A DNA stretch of 64,000 nt, taken from an uncultured Candidatus Saccharibacteria bacterium (GTDB lineage Bacteria; Patescibacteriota; Minisyncoccia; Phycocordibacterales; UBA9973). The stretch spans positions 9,101 to 73,100 of the forward strand of contig CAYLKL010000003.1 of the NCBI GenBank assembly GCA_964384645.1, in the 5' to 3' direction. The notes below the pieces were generated by a model. It did not search any database, had not been told where the DNA came from, and was given only the letters and a program-made list of their open reading frames with translations. The position numbers and the translations under genes were made by a program. Positions 28,794 to 37,585 of this stretch are shown one piece after another (positions within the stretch are counted from its first letter, which is position 1; each line of letters starts with the position of its first letter).

Positions 28794-28837
28794 GAGGCTT
28801 TAATATCATCTTGGCGATCTAACTCATTTATTAGGGT

Positions 28838-31246
28838 TTAAACTACTGGCTCCTCTCCTGCATCAGGTGTGTCTGTTGGAGCGTCTCCCCCTTGATCAGA
28901 CCCATCATCTTGGGTATCTGGAGTCTGACCTCCATCACCCTCTGGTTGACCGCCATCATCAACAACGTCGCCACTATCTGTGCCTCCATTAGAATCCGAA
29001 TTAGTATCGACGTTACTTTGTTCTAAAATTTGCAAAAATTGATCTCGAGTGACACAAACATCTTCAACACAAAGTTCTTTGGTTGTTATTTTATCTGTAA
29101 TAATTTCTACAAAATTTACCACACCATTTATTGTCTTTTGAATTCCACTTTCTAAATATTCAACAACCGAAGATAAACTTAGACCACTATTTCCACCTCC
29201 AACATTCATTGAATCAACTTTTAGGTTCAAATCTTGGATAGATTTCACAATCAAAGGTGTAAGTTTTGAATAATCTACCATCCAATATTTATCCTCTTCT
29301 TCTGGAACCATAACAGCATCTGGGTACACTTCAAAAAGTTCCTGAGCAATCACACCGTGAGTTAATTTCTGACTAGGATCATTTTTCCAATTAAAATCTC
29401 GTATTTTTATGTCTAAAAGACTGTCCAAAGACAAATCTGTATCTTCAATGTTTTCCTTAAGCCTTTGGTCTGAAGTTGTATTGTAGGATGTTGCGTTTGA
29501 AGCAAAAGTAATTGAACCAATAGTTGGATTACCTAGTGGATGAAAATTTATAAGAGTAGTTGGAGTAACATCTGATGGATCATTTCCTGCCACAACTGTT
29601 ATACCGAGATTTCCTGCAACACCTGAGGTGTTTTCAAATTTCGCAACAGCAGTCACAGGAGCTCCTCCAACGCTTAAAATATTCCCATTATCTATACTTG
29701 TACCGATATTTACTTCGCCCATAACATTAGCAAGGTAAATCCGCCCAACAGATCCAGCGTTAGAACCTGTCCCGCCCGCACCAGGATTTACATATATATC
29801 ACCCCCGTCTCCAGCTGTGTCAGAGGCACCAGTGGAATTACCCCCATCGCCAGCCAAGATATTAACGTCTCCACCAAAACCACCCTGTGCAGCTATGAAA
29901 CCTTGTTCTTCTCCATTACCTCCATCTCCAGCAAATAAATTCAAATTACCGGCATAGCCACCATTTGCAGTATTACCTACCGCGGTTCCATTTCCACCGT
30001 CCCCAGTAGAAATTGTGACATCTTGTCCAGAAGTACCAGCGGTATCTGTGTTATCAGCTCCATTTCCAGCAGATGCAACGATTACACCATTAGAATCCAA
30101 ATAAATCTGCCCTTCTGCACTTGTAGAATTAATTGCTCTGAAAGCATATGTTCCAGCACCGTCACCTAAAACATCGAGCGTTGAATCTGGTGAACTTGTA
30201 CCGACTCCTAAAAAATTATTAGTACTATTGTAAAAAAGTTGTGGTTCACCTTTTGATAATTGTTTCTGTCCAGAATTAGAAGTCCAAAAAGCAACTTGTC
30301 CTTCGAGTTGTGTACCGACACCTCCTTGTGTCACATAAGTTGATGGAGTAATACTCGTGTAAGTAATATTACTAGTACCAAAAACTGGTGCGTCTGTTTC
30401 TTGAACCCATTGTTTACCTTTTATTGTCCAGTTTCCACCTTCTGTGGCAATCACTATTTGTGGCGACATTTCACTCGGCTCGTCTGCATCGGTTGTTCTT
30501 GTTAAAACATATGGTGAACCGCCACTACCTAAACTTGTCACGATATAAACACCATTTTGAGTTTGCGCAGATTGATTTTTAACCAAAAGCCTATCGCCCA
30601 CACCAAGACTAATCCCGTTTATATTAGGCAAGGCACCATTTGTCGATTTTGTTATTGTTGCTCCAACACCAGAGCTTCCATTATCATAAGTCACGCCAGA
30701 AAGAGCTGCCGCTGTCCCTGCTCTAACTATTGTTGGAGATACAACCAAGTCATCGAAGTTTGGTGTTGCTAACCATTGATTCCCTCTTATTGACTCAAAA
30801 ATAAATCCTTTTCTATTACTTGTTAGATAAACAGTTGTTGTTTCATTTATGTAATCTCCAGAATATGCGTCTACTGTGACAGTATTCGAAGCCGATGTTT
30901 TTAAAACAGTAATTTTCCTGCTTTCTGTTACCGAAGATATCTGAGGAAGCACAATATTTACATCACCGGCGGCTGTATCTGCATAAATAACCTGATCGGT
31001 AGATAAAATACTATAAGGACTATCTGAGTCGTCGACGGTTGTGAAATTAACAACAGCAGGAGCAACGGCAGTTGTACAGTTTGTATCACTCGGTCCACAA
31101 GTTGGATCGAGAGTTATACCCGGTAAATATTTTGTAGTTGGTGGAGCAGAAAAAACAGTCAGTGTAGTAGAAAATAAAATGAAAAACAAAAGTATACCTG
31201 CTACTTTTTTCCAAACACTATCTGTATTTATTAAAAACTTTATCAT
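28838..31246 (-). CDS. Secreted tail-fibre-like protein: Gly-rich beta-helix-like repeats plus a C-terminal intramolecular-chaperone autoprocessing (peptidase S74-like) domain and an acidic tail
   Basis: N-terminal signal anchor. Long GDGGNG / GxGG repeat region. ...TTSDQRLKENIEDTDLSLDSLL... matches the S-D-x-R-x-K-E-N-I start of phage tail-fibre/endosialidase chaperone domains (Ser ~residue 592, nt ~29471). C-terminal D/E/G/P-rich tail. Confidence 0.6.
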   Translation of the reverse strand: MIKFLINTDSVWKKVAGILLFFILFSTTLTVFSAPPTTKYLPGITLDPTCGPSDTNCTTAVAPAVVNFTTVDDSDSPYSILSTDQVIYADTAAGDVNIVLPQISSVTESRKITVLKTSASNTVTVDAYSGDYINETTTVYLTSNRKGFIFESIRGNQWLATPNFDDLVVSPTIVRAGTAAALSGVTYDNGSSGVGATITKSTNGALPNINGISLGVGDRLLVKNQSAQTQNGVYIVTSLGSGGSPYVLTRTTDADEPSEMSPQIVIATEGGNWTIKGKQWVQETDAPVFGTSNITYTSITPSTYVTQGGVGTQLEGQVAFWTSNSGQKQLSKGEPQLFYNSTNNFLGVGTSSPDSTLDVLGDGAGTYAFRAINSTSAEGQIYLDSNGVIVASAGNGADNTDTAGTSGQDVTISTGDGGNGTAVGNTANGGYAGNLNLFAGDGGNGEEQGFIAAQGGFGGDVNILAGDGGNSTGASDTAGDGGDIYVNPGAGGTGSNAGSVGRIYLANVMGEVNIGTSIDNGNILSVGGAPVTAVAKFENTSGVAGNLGITVVAGNDPSDVTPTTLINFHPLGNPTIGSITFASNATSYNTTSDQRLKENIEDTDLSLDSLLDIKIRDFNWKNDPSQKLTHGVIAQELFEVYPDAVMVPEEEDKYWMVDYSKLTPLIVKSIQDLNLKVDSMNVGGGNSGLSLSSVVEYLESGIQKTINGVVNFVEIITDKITTKELCVEDVCVTRDQFLQILEQSNVDTNSDSNGGTDSGDVVDDGGQPEGDGGQTPDTQDDGSDQGGDAPTDTPDAGEEPVV

Positions 31247-33345
31247 TATAAATTTATTTTGAACACTTCGTTTATGTAACCCTTGTTTGCATTTATAACG
31301 CCTGATTTGAATACTGTTTTATAAGATTCATCTGCCAATTTTTGGTCTATTTCAACATAATAATTTCCTTGTGGCATCAAACAATAATATTGTCCGTATT
31401 TATTTGCCACTTTTTTAGAAATCAAAGTCTGTGTATCAGAATTGTATACTTTTATTATAGCAAATGAGATAGGATTCCCTTCCACATCCAAAATTTTTCC
31501 AAAATTTTTCGTTTTTATACCTGTTTCTCTTAAAAATAGAAGAATTAGGTACAAGCAAAAGACTAAAATATTGTAAGTTGAAAAAGAGGAAAGAATTGCT
31601 AGACATGAAACTGTAAATCCAAAAGAAAAGAAAGAGTCAGAAAGCTTTGTCAAAAAAACATCTCTTTTTGAATAATACTTCATCAGTTTTTGATCTCGCT
31701 TTGCAAATTCATTCCAATCAAAACCAATTGGATCCATTGGGATATTCTTGATAATCACGTCACCTGCTCTACTTACCTCAAAAACATCTCCGAAATACAA
31801 ATCCAAATATATTTCATCACGAGTTTTTCCCACCAATTTAAGTGACGGGAAAGAATAGTGAGTCTTTTTGGGTAACAGTCTATATTTTCCAGGCTCAACT
31901 AAAAATCCATAACGCCCATCCATATCAGTTATTGAGGATTGAATTTCTTTTCCTTCCAAATCTTGAAGAGAAACCATAACAGGATCTAGTGGTTGTTTTG
32001 TAACTGCATCATAAACAGTCCCCCAAGGTCTTGCTCTTTTTTTAATTCCAAAAGCACTCATAAGGGCTGACCACAATCTATACGGCAACATCCAAATTTC
32101 AGTAAAAGAAAGTGGTGTACCGAAAAGTTTTGGAAGAACAGAGAAAATTGCACCGAACAAAATTCCAACAATTCCAATCATTTTAATTATAGGATTGCCA
32201 TAATCACTCGTGATTATTTCTTTCATTTCATCAAAAGCAGCCAAAAAAGTATCTATAGTGTAATCATAGGTATCGATTATTATGCACCAAATGACACCCA
32301 ATATACTTGTTTCGTATTCGCACCCTGTCAGTGGGTCGAAAACATCGTCATCGCTTGGATCTTCTTCGTCATCATCAGTGGGAGGGTTATCATCGTCGTC
32401 AATTGGGTCCAAATCATCTCCCGGGTCTTCTTCATCTACTGGAACATCCTCGTCTGTTGGATCTTCCTCTTCATCAACAGGATCATCATCGCCAGGAGAA
32501 GAACACAAAGAATTTTGTGGATTTAGTGTACAAAAATCACCACCGAAATTTAAAATTATAATCCCAGTATAAACGTCTCCTCTAGAATTATCTATTGCTC
32601 GATATTTAAGTTCATAGTCACCTAAACTAGGCGGTGTCCAAGGAATAGAAATAGAATTGGAATTATTTACCAAAGCAACTAGTACGTCATCTATATAAAT
32701 AAAAATCTTTAAAATTGAACCGTCCGGGTCAGTAGCGTTTGCCGAAAGAGTAACATTTTGTAAAGTTGCATAGTTGTTGACTGTGTTGGTCGGATTTAGA
32801 ACAGTAATAATTGGTAAAATATTGTCATTTCCACCCCCACCACCTCCGCCAGTAACAACTGTGTTTCTCCAACTTGTATTTACACAGGCATCAACAACAC
32901 CACAATCAAATTGTATCCAGCCATAATTTTGACTCCAAGCATAACCATCAAAATTTCCATTGCTATCTATGGTTACAGTTTGAGCAGATGAATTATCAAA
33001 CGGTCCGAAATTTACCCAGCCAGCGTTCTCTCCCCAGGCAAAACCAGAAAGAACACCGCTTGTGGTATTGCTCACCTTAAAATCACTACCTCCACAAGAA
33101 CTATTATTTGAACAATTTAAACTAATCCAACCAATATTTTCTCCCCAAATATAACCCGTGAGTTCGCTTGATGTTACCGTGACGTTTTTATCTGAGTTGG
33201 TCGTAAAATAACCAAAATTTATAATACTACTATCGCTCTCTAATTTTGCTTTGTAATTTACAGAGTCGATGTTTCCAACGGCAAAAATAAAACTAGAAGG
33301 AAATAAAAATAGTGTTAAAAATAAAATTTTTTTTAGAAATTTCAT
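31246..33345 (-). CDS. Large polytopic surface protein: signal peptide, three G[FY]AW..GW[IV].F repeats, Ig-like domain, D/E/P-rich acidic linker, TM helices and two carboxypeptidase-regulatory-like beta-sandwich domains
   Basis: Repeats TGYIWGENIGWISLNCS, SGFAWGENAGWVNFGP and DGYAWSQNYGWIQFDC. GGGGGGG run. ~45-aa acidic linker. Hydrophobic helices at ~residues 390-440 and 560-600. GTVYDAVTKQPLDPVMVSLQD...DGRYGF carboxypeptidase-regulatory-like motif. 1-nt overlap with the downstream gene and 4-nt overlap with the upstream M50 gene. Confidence 0.55.
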   Translation of the reverse strand: MKFLKKILFLTLFLFPSSFIFAVGNIDSVNYKAKLESDSSIINFGYFTTNSDKNVTVTSSELTGYIWGENIGWISLNCSNNSSCGGSDFKVSNTTSGVLSGFAWGENAGWVNFGPFDNSSAQTVTIDSNGNFDGYAWSQNYGWIQFDCGVVDACVNTSWRNTVVTGGGGGGGNDNILPIITVLNPTNTVNNYATLQNVTLSANATDPDGSILKIFIYIDDVLVALVNNSNSISIPWTPPSLGDYELKYRAIDNSRGDVYTGIIILNFGGDFCTLNPQNSLCSSPGDDDPVDEEEDPTDEDVPVDEEDPGDDLDPIDDDDNPPTDDDEEDPSDDDVFDPLTGCEYETSILGVIWCIIIDTYDYTIDTFLAAFDEMKEIITSDYGNPIIKMIGIVGILFGAIFSVLPKLFGTPLSFTEIWMLPYRLWSALMSAFGIKKRARPWGTVYDAVTKQPLDPVMVSLQDLEGKEIQSSITDMDGRYGFLVEPGKYRLLPKKTHYSFPSLKLVGKTRDEIYLDLYFGDVFEVSRAGDVIIKNIPMDPIGFDWNEFAKRDQKLMKYYSKRDVFLTKLSDSFFSFGFTVSCLAILSSFSTYNILVFCLYLILLFLRETGIKTKNFGKILDVEGNPISFAIIKVYNSDTQTLISKKVANKYGQYYCLMPQGNYYVEIDQKLADESYKTVFKSGVINANKGYINEVFKINL

Positions 33346-33965
33346 AAATTAAAACTTATGCCTGTCATTAAATTAAAAATCCAAAAAACTATAGGTGAAA
33401 TAACTGGCCAAATAAAGAAGACAACTATTATAAAAAGTGGCAATGTATAAGCGCTCGCAAGCTTTTCAAAACGACTAAATCTATCTGGTAACAATGAAAA
33501 AAGAATTCCTGATCCATCAAGCGGTGGAACTGGCACGGCATTAAATACTGCAAGTAAAATATTTAAAAATACAATTAAAGCTGATATTTCTATAATTGAC
33601 GATGGAAGAGCTATAAAAGCTGAAGACCTAATAACCATAGAAAAGAAAAACGCGATTAGAAGATTTACAACAATACCTGCTATTGAAACAAAGAACAGTG
33701 CTTTTTTTCTAATCTCTGGGGCGAAATTGGCAGAATTTACTGGAACAGGCTTTGCCCAACCAAACAAAAAGCCGGCATTTGTGACTACTAAAATTATAGG
33801 TAATAATATTGATCCAAAAAGATCTAAGTGTGGAATAGGATTTATTGTCAGCCGACCCGCCATTTTGGCAGTTTGATCACCAAATTTGAAAGCGACATAG
33901 CCGTGAGCGACTTCGTGCGCCACAACTGAAATAATAAGGATTAAAATGTAAAAAATAGAATCCAT
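33342..33965 (-). CDS. Site-2 protease family (peptidase M50) intramembrane Zn metalloprotease
   Basis: HEVAHG zinc motif in TM1 and the NAVPVPPLDGS (LDG) motif. Polytopic, 207 aa. Confidence 0.75.
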   Translation of the reverse strand: MDSIFYILILIISVVAHEVAHGYVAFKFGDQTAKMAGRLTINPIPHLDLFGSILLPIILVVTNAGFLFGWAKPVPVNSANFAPEIRKKALFFVSIAGIVVNLLIAFFFSMVIRSSAFIALPSSIIEISALIVFLNILLAVFNAVPVPPLDGSGILFSLLPDRFSRFEKLASAYTLPLFIIVVFFIWPVISPIVFWIFNLMTGISFNL

Positions 33966-34011
33966 ACTTGTCTAATTAATACCCTTATGATAGCATACCC
34001 AAACAACACAT

Positions 34012-34254
34012 ATGGCAAAAAAATGCGCAATAACTAATAAAAGTTCACTAATGGCAAGCGGATATTCAAACCGCGTGCGTGCTACTAAGTTCAATCCGAC
34101 TGTTAAGACTCGAAGATATGCAAACTTACAAACAAAAACAATCTTTGTTCCTGAAATAAACAAGAAAATAAAGATAACTGTTTCAACTAGAGGCCTAAAA
34201 ACAATCGCAAAACTAGGAGCCTTCCAAGCACTAAAACAAGCAAACTTAATTTAA
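34012..34254 (+). CDS. rpmB: 50S ribosomal protein L28
   Basis: MAKKCAITNKSSL...SNRVRATKFNPTVKTRRYANLQTK... fits the L28 C..T.K....N.S.A.N.TKR.F.PNLQ pattern. 80 aa. Confidence 0.8.
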   Translation: MAKKCAITNKSSLMASGYSNRVRATKFNPTVKTRRYANLQTKTIFVPEINKKIKITVSTRGLKTIAKLGAFQALKQANLI

Positions 34255-34280
34255 AAATCCCGTCCAAGACGGGATTTTTA
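34255..34280 (+). terminator. Intrinsic terminator after rpmB
   Basis: Stem tcccgtc-caa-gacggga followed by TTTTT. Confidence 0.75.
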
Positions 34281-34310
34281 AATAAGATTCTATTTTCTAT
34301 ATTCTAATAT

Positions 34311-35168
34311 CTAATTATCTAAATAAATTTTTTCCCCGTCGCTTATAAAAGTGATTATTCCAAAATCATAAGTCGCCAGACTTTTAATATTTAAAGCCTC
34401 AACCCTATCCATAACGTCTTTGTGCGGATGTCCGTATGTATTATTAAGTCCGGCTGAAATAATAACGACTTCGGGATCGACTGCTTTCAAAAATTCCATC
34501 GAAGAAGAAGTTTTTGAACCATGATGTCCTAATTTCAAAACATCCGATTCTATATTTTTAAAATTTTTTATTATTCTTTCTTCGTCTTCAATATAAGCAT
34601 CCCCCGTTAGCATGAATTCTGAATTTCCATACACCAACCGTCCGCAAATAGAAGCATCATTTGCTTCAACAAAAGAGACATCTGAATCGGGTGATAAAAT
34701 TTCAAAGCGCACATTTTTATCTTTGTCTAAATAAATATTTGTCCCCGCTCTAGCTAAAAAAGTTTTTATTCCTTTATTTTGAGCAATCTTTAAAATTTGA
34801 TTATAATTAGTGTTGTCGGCAATATTTCCAGAAATAAATAAAGAGCCAATATCATATTCTTGAATAATAGAAACCAAGCCACCAGAATGATCTTCGTCTG
34901 GATGTGTGACAACCAACACATCAATTCTATTATCAAAGCTATCCATCACCGAGTCTAATTTCTGTAACAATAAATCCCCTGACCTACCCCCGTCTATCAA
35001 CATATCAGTCTTCCCAAATGCCTTTATATAAATAGCGTCACCTTGACCAATATCTAAAAAAGAAACCTGTAGAGGGTATTCTTTTTTAAATTCCCTAATA
35101 GAAAGAAACCCTAAAATTACCAAAAGTAGAAATATTACAAAAATCTTGTTTTTCTTAATTCTTTCCAT
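34311..35168 (-). CDS. Stand-alone metallo-beta-lactamase domain protein of the ComEC C-terminal-domain type
   Basis: VLVVTHPDEDHSGGL (HxDxDH) plus downstream GHHGS and DAS motifs. N-terminal TM anchor. 285 aa. Confidence 0.65.
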   Translation of the reverse strand: MERIKKNKIFVIFLLLVILGFLSIREFKKEYPLQVSFLDIGQGDAIYIKAFGKTDMLIDGGRSGDLLLQKLDSVMDSFDNRIDVLVVTHPDEDHSGGLVSIIQEYDIGSLFISGNIADNTNYNQILKIAQNKGIKTFLARAGTNIYLDKDKNVRFEILSPDSDVSFVEANDASICGRLVYGNSEFMLTGDAYIEDEERIIKNFKNIESDVLKLGHHGSKTSSSMEFLKAVDPEVVIISAGLNNTYGHPHKDVMDRVEALNIKSLATYDFGIITFISDGEKIYLDN

Positions 35169-35775
35169 GAGTTATACTTCTTATGTTATGACACAATTTA
35201 ACCCAAAACAATTTAATATCCCTACTCTTATCGGTATAAGCGCTAAAAATATAGAAGAGCACACGAAACTCTATTTAGGCTATGTAAAACACGCTAATTT
35301 AATTCAAGAACATATAGAAGAATTGTCTAAAGATTCTGAAAAATATGCTTACGAACTTGGCGAAATAAATCGTCGATTTTCTTTTGAATTTAATGGAATG
35401 AGAAACCACGAAGTCTATTTTTCTCTTTTTGAAGATGGAGCAAAAGAATTAAACACAGATAGTTTGCTTTCAAAAGAAATCGAGAAAACTTTCGGAAGTT
35501 TTGATAATTTAATAAACAAATTTAAAGCTATTGCCATGACTCGCGGAATTGGCTGGGCAATGTTATCTTTGGATCTTGAAAACAAATCTTTAATCCTTCA
35601 TTGGCTAGATGAACAACATCTAGGTCAACTCCAAAATACAAAACCAATCGTCGCTCTTGATATGTGGGAACATTCATTTGTTTCTGATTATCAACCAAGT
35701 GGTAAAAAACAGTACGTTGAAGATTTCTTCAAAAATATAAACTGGACTGTCTCTGAAAAAAGATTCGAAGAATAA
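35146..35775 (+). CDS. Fe/Mn superoxide dismutase family protein (divergent)
   Basis: EEHTKLYLGYVKHAN, NGMRNHEVYF, RGIGWAMLSLD and ALDMWEHSFVSDY are collinear with the SOD HHTKHH / WNHTFYW / GSGWAWL / DVWEHAYY motifs, with metal ligands retained. The start is more likely the ATG at 35167 or 35188. Confidence 0.6.
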   Translation: MFFLILSMSYTSYVMTQFNPKQFNIPTLIGISAKNIEEHTKLYLGYVKHANLIQEHIEELSKDSEKYAYELGEINRRFSFEFNGMRNHEVYFSLFEDGAKELNTDSLLSKEIEKTFGSFDNLINKFKAIAMTRGIGWAMLSLDLENKSLILHWLDEQHLGQLQNTKPIVALDMWEHSFVSDYQPSGKKQYVEDFFKNINWTVSEKRFEE

Positions 35776-35808
35776 AAAAAGCCTCTCATAAAAATGAGAG
35801 GCTTTTGC
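35774..35808. terminator. Bidirectional intrinsic terminator between the SOD-family gene and the secreted-protein gene
   Basis: Stem gcctctca-taaaaa-tgagaggc with an A-run and a T-run. Confidence 0.75.
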
Positions 35809-35822
35809 AATTTAAACGCAGT

Positions 35823-37526
35823 TTATTCTTTTATAAATCGCTTGGTCTTGTGACCAACAACTACAAAATAAAAACCAGGTTTAATTTTTGAAACATCAAT
35901 CACCTCTTCGATAGCACCGGCAGATTGTTCGATAACAACTTTACCTAATGGATCGATAACAGTAATGGTATCTCCTACTTTGATCTTTTCGATAACCAAA
36001 TGGTCGGTTGTCGGATTTGGGTAGATTTTTATATCACCCATATCATCCTGAAACGCTTCTGTACGGACTTCGGCATTATCAGTAACTTCTTCCTGTTTTT
36101 CATCCGCAGAAAGACGACAGCTTGCTCCAAGAGTAACATTGACCACAGTGGAAGTTCTAAGAACTCCATACTTGTTAGTAACGATAACCTTGTATTTACC
36201 GACAGTAGTAACAATTAAACTATTCCCGGTTGCTCCGGCAATAACGTTCCCATACTTCTTCCAAACATAAGTAGCGTTTGAATCATATGGAACAGAAAGA
36301 GTGACATCTTGTCCGGGACAGATAGTTGTACTACCAAGTATTGATACTGCAGCACTTGGCGCAGGATATGTGACACGAGTTAAAATCATGTCGTAAGTTG
36401 AACTCGGCATATATGCTCGTGAACGCATACCTACAAACACCCAACCTATACCTGCATTCCTTTGAGCAAGACCTGTAAAGACATAAGCTCCCGTACTATT
36501 AGTTGTTTCTTTCCTGACCCAAATTCTATTAAAATTTGGGGAGTACTCAGCACCATAAGCACCGGTTGTTGTATTGAAATTTCCAAACATTCCCGCAACA
36601 ACAAAACCAGCATAAGAGTCTTCCATCTGAACTATCGATCCAGCTTCTGTTGTCTGAAATATTCCTGATACATTACCAAGCAAATCAACACTGACAAAAG
36701 AAATAAGGCTAGTCGCAGCATCTTCTTTGAGTCCGACAAAAAGAGAATTTTCTCTTTCGCCAAAACACATTTCAGTTGCAGTGTAACCCAGTGGCAAAGC
36801 AGATGACCAAAGTGTACCCCCGGAAGCATCCAAACAATAAACCGTTTGAATAACATTCCAAGAAGGATCATATCCTCTTACAAGAACAAAAGAATTTCCA
36901 GCGATCGTTGGAGCAACCGAAGTTGCAGCAAAACCATTAAAAAATCTTGTCCAAGTAGGAACACCTAATAAATCAAGCTTTGTAACGAAAGCGTTTTGAC
37001 CCTGAGCAGGTATTCTGTCTGAGCTAAAACAAGATCCGGATAAAAATAAATTATTACCCAAAATCCTCAAGCTTATAGGATTATCGTGACCACTACCGGA
37101 GACATTTGTAAGAATCGTAGACCATAAAACATTTGCAGATGCATCTTTTTTATACAAAGAGATGTCTCCGTTATTTTGGTCTTTCGAATAAACAAAAAAT
37201 ACACCAGATTGATCAGAGACCGTCGCCATATCAGACGATACCGCAGACTGTGACACAAACGATGAATCAAACCCACGAATTGCACCGTTATTGTAAGTAG
37301 TACTCGAGACAACACCAATACTTCCAGTTCCTTTCGGAACTCTGAGCCCACCAACGTATGAGTTTGCACCCATTGTTGATATGACTGGATTAATGGTCGA
37401 TTCGGATGTATCTACTACAGCTTTTTTGAATGTAACGGCTGGAGATTGAGCATTTACTATTTCGGGGCAATATATACCCTGGATAAGTATAATCAATAAG
37501 ATCATAAGATATTTGATTGTTTTCAT
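35823..37526 (-). CDS. Secreted beta-rich protein with an Ig-like domain and a C-terminal Por_Secre_tail (T9SS-type sorting) domain
   Basis: Signal peptide. C-terminal DIKIYPNPTTDHLVIEKIKVGDTITVIDPLGKVVIEQSAGAIEEVIDVSKIKPGFYFVVVGHKTKRFIKE fits the T9SS CTD consensus (YPNP...I.D..G..V...........ID.S.L..G.Y.V.V....). Confidence 0.55.
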   Translation of the reverse strand: MKTIKYLMILLIILIQGIYCPEIVNAQSPAVTFKKAVVDTSESTINPVISTMGANSYVGGLRVPKGTGSIGVVSSTTYNNGAIRGFDSSFVSQSAVSSDMATVSDQSGVFFVYSKDQNNGDISLYKKDASANVLWSTILTNVSGSGHDNPISLRILGNNLFLSGSCFSSDRIPAQGQNAFVTKLDLLGVPTWTRFFNGFAATSVAPTIAGNSFVLVRGYDPSWNVIQTVYCLDASGGTLWSSALPLGYTATEMCFGERENSLFVGLKEDAATSLISFVSVDLLGNVSGIFQTTEAGSIVQMEDSYAGFVVAGMFGNFNTTTGAYGAEYSPNFNRIWVRKETTNSTGAYVFTGLAQRNAGIGWVFVGMRSRAYMPSSTYDMILTRVTYPAPSAAVSILGSTTICPGQDVTLSVPYDSNATYVWKKYGNVIAGATGNSLIVTTVGKYKVIVTNKYGVLRTSTVVNVTLGASCRLSADEKQEEVTDNAEVRTEAFQDDMGDIKIYPNPTTDHLVIEKIKVGDTITVIDPLGKVVIEQSAGAIEEVIDVSKIKPGFYFVVVGHKTKRFIKE

Positions 37527-37585
37527 AGAACAAGTTTTTAGAGTTTGACTGAATTTTTGTTTACTTAACTATATCACACAAATAC

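Noticed and set aside
28838-31246. Possible prophage, because of the tail-fibre chaperone domain
   Set aside because: There is no integrase, terminase, capsid, portal or other phage gene anywhere in the window. The gene is co-operonic with cellular membrane proteins beside the str operon. It was interpreted as a cellular fibre protein that reuses the fold.
32282-32572. Ser-rich and His-rich plus-strand ORFs (32282..32572, 32307..32561)
   Set aside because: They are antisense to the D/E/P-rich acidic linker of the 31246..33345 protein. The low-complexity mirror-image composition is an artefact of the sense-strand repeat.
33972-34163. 63-aa minus-strand ORF
   Set aside because: It is antisense to the well-supported rpmB (L28) gene and lies in a short intergenic context.
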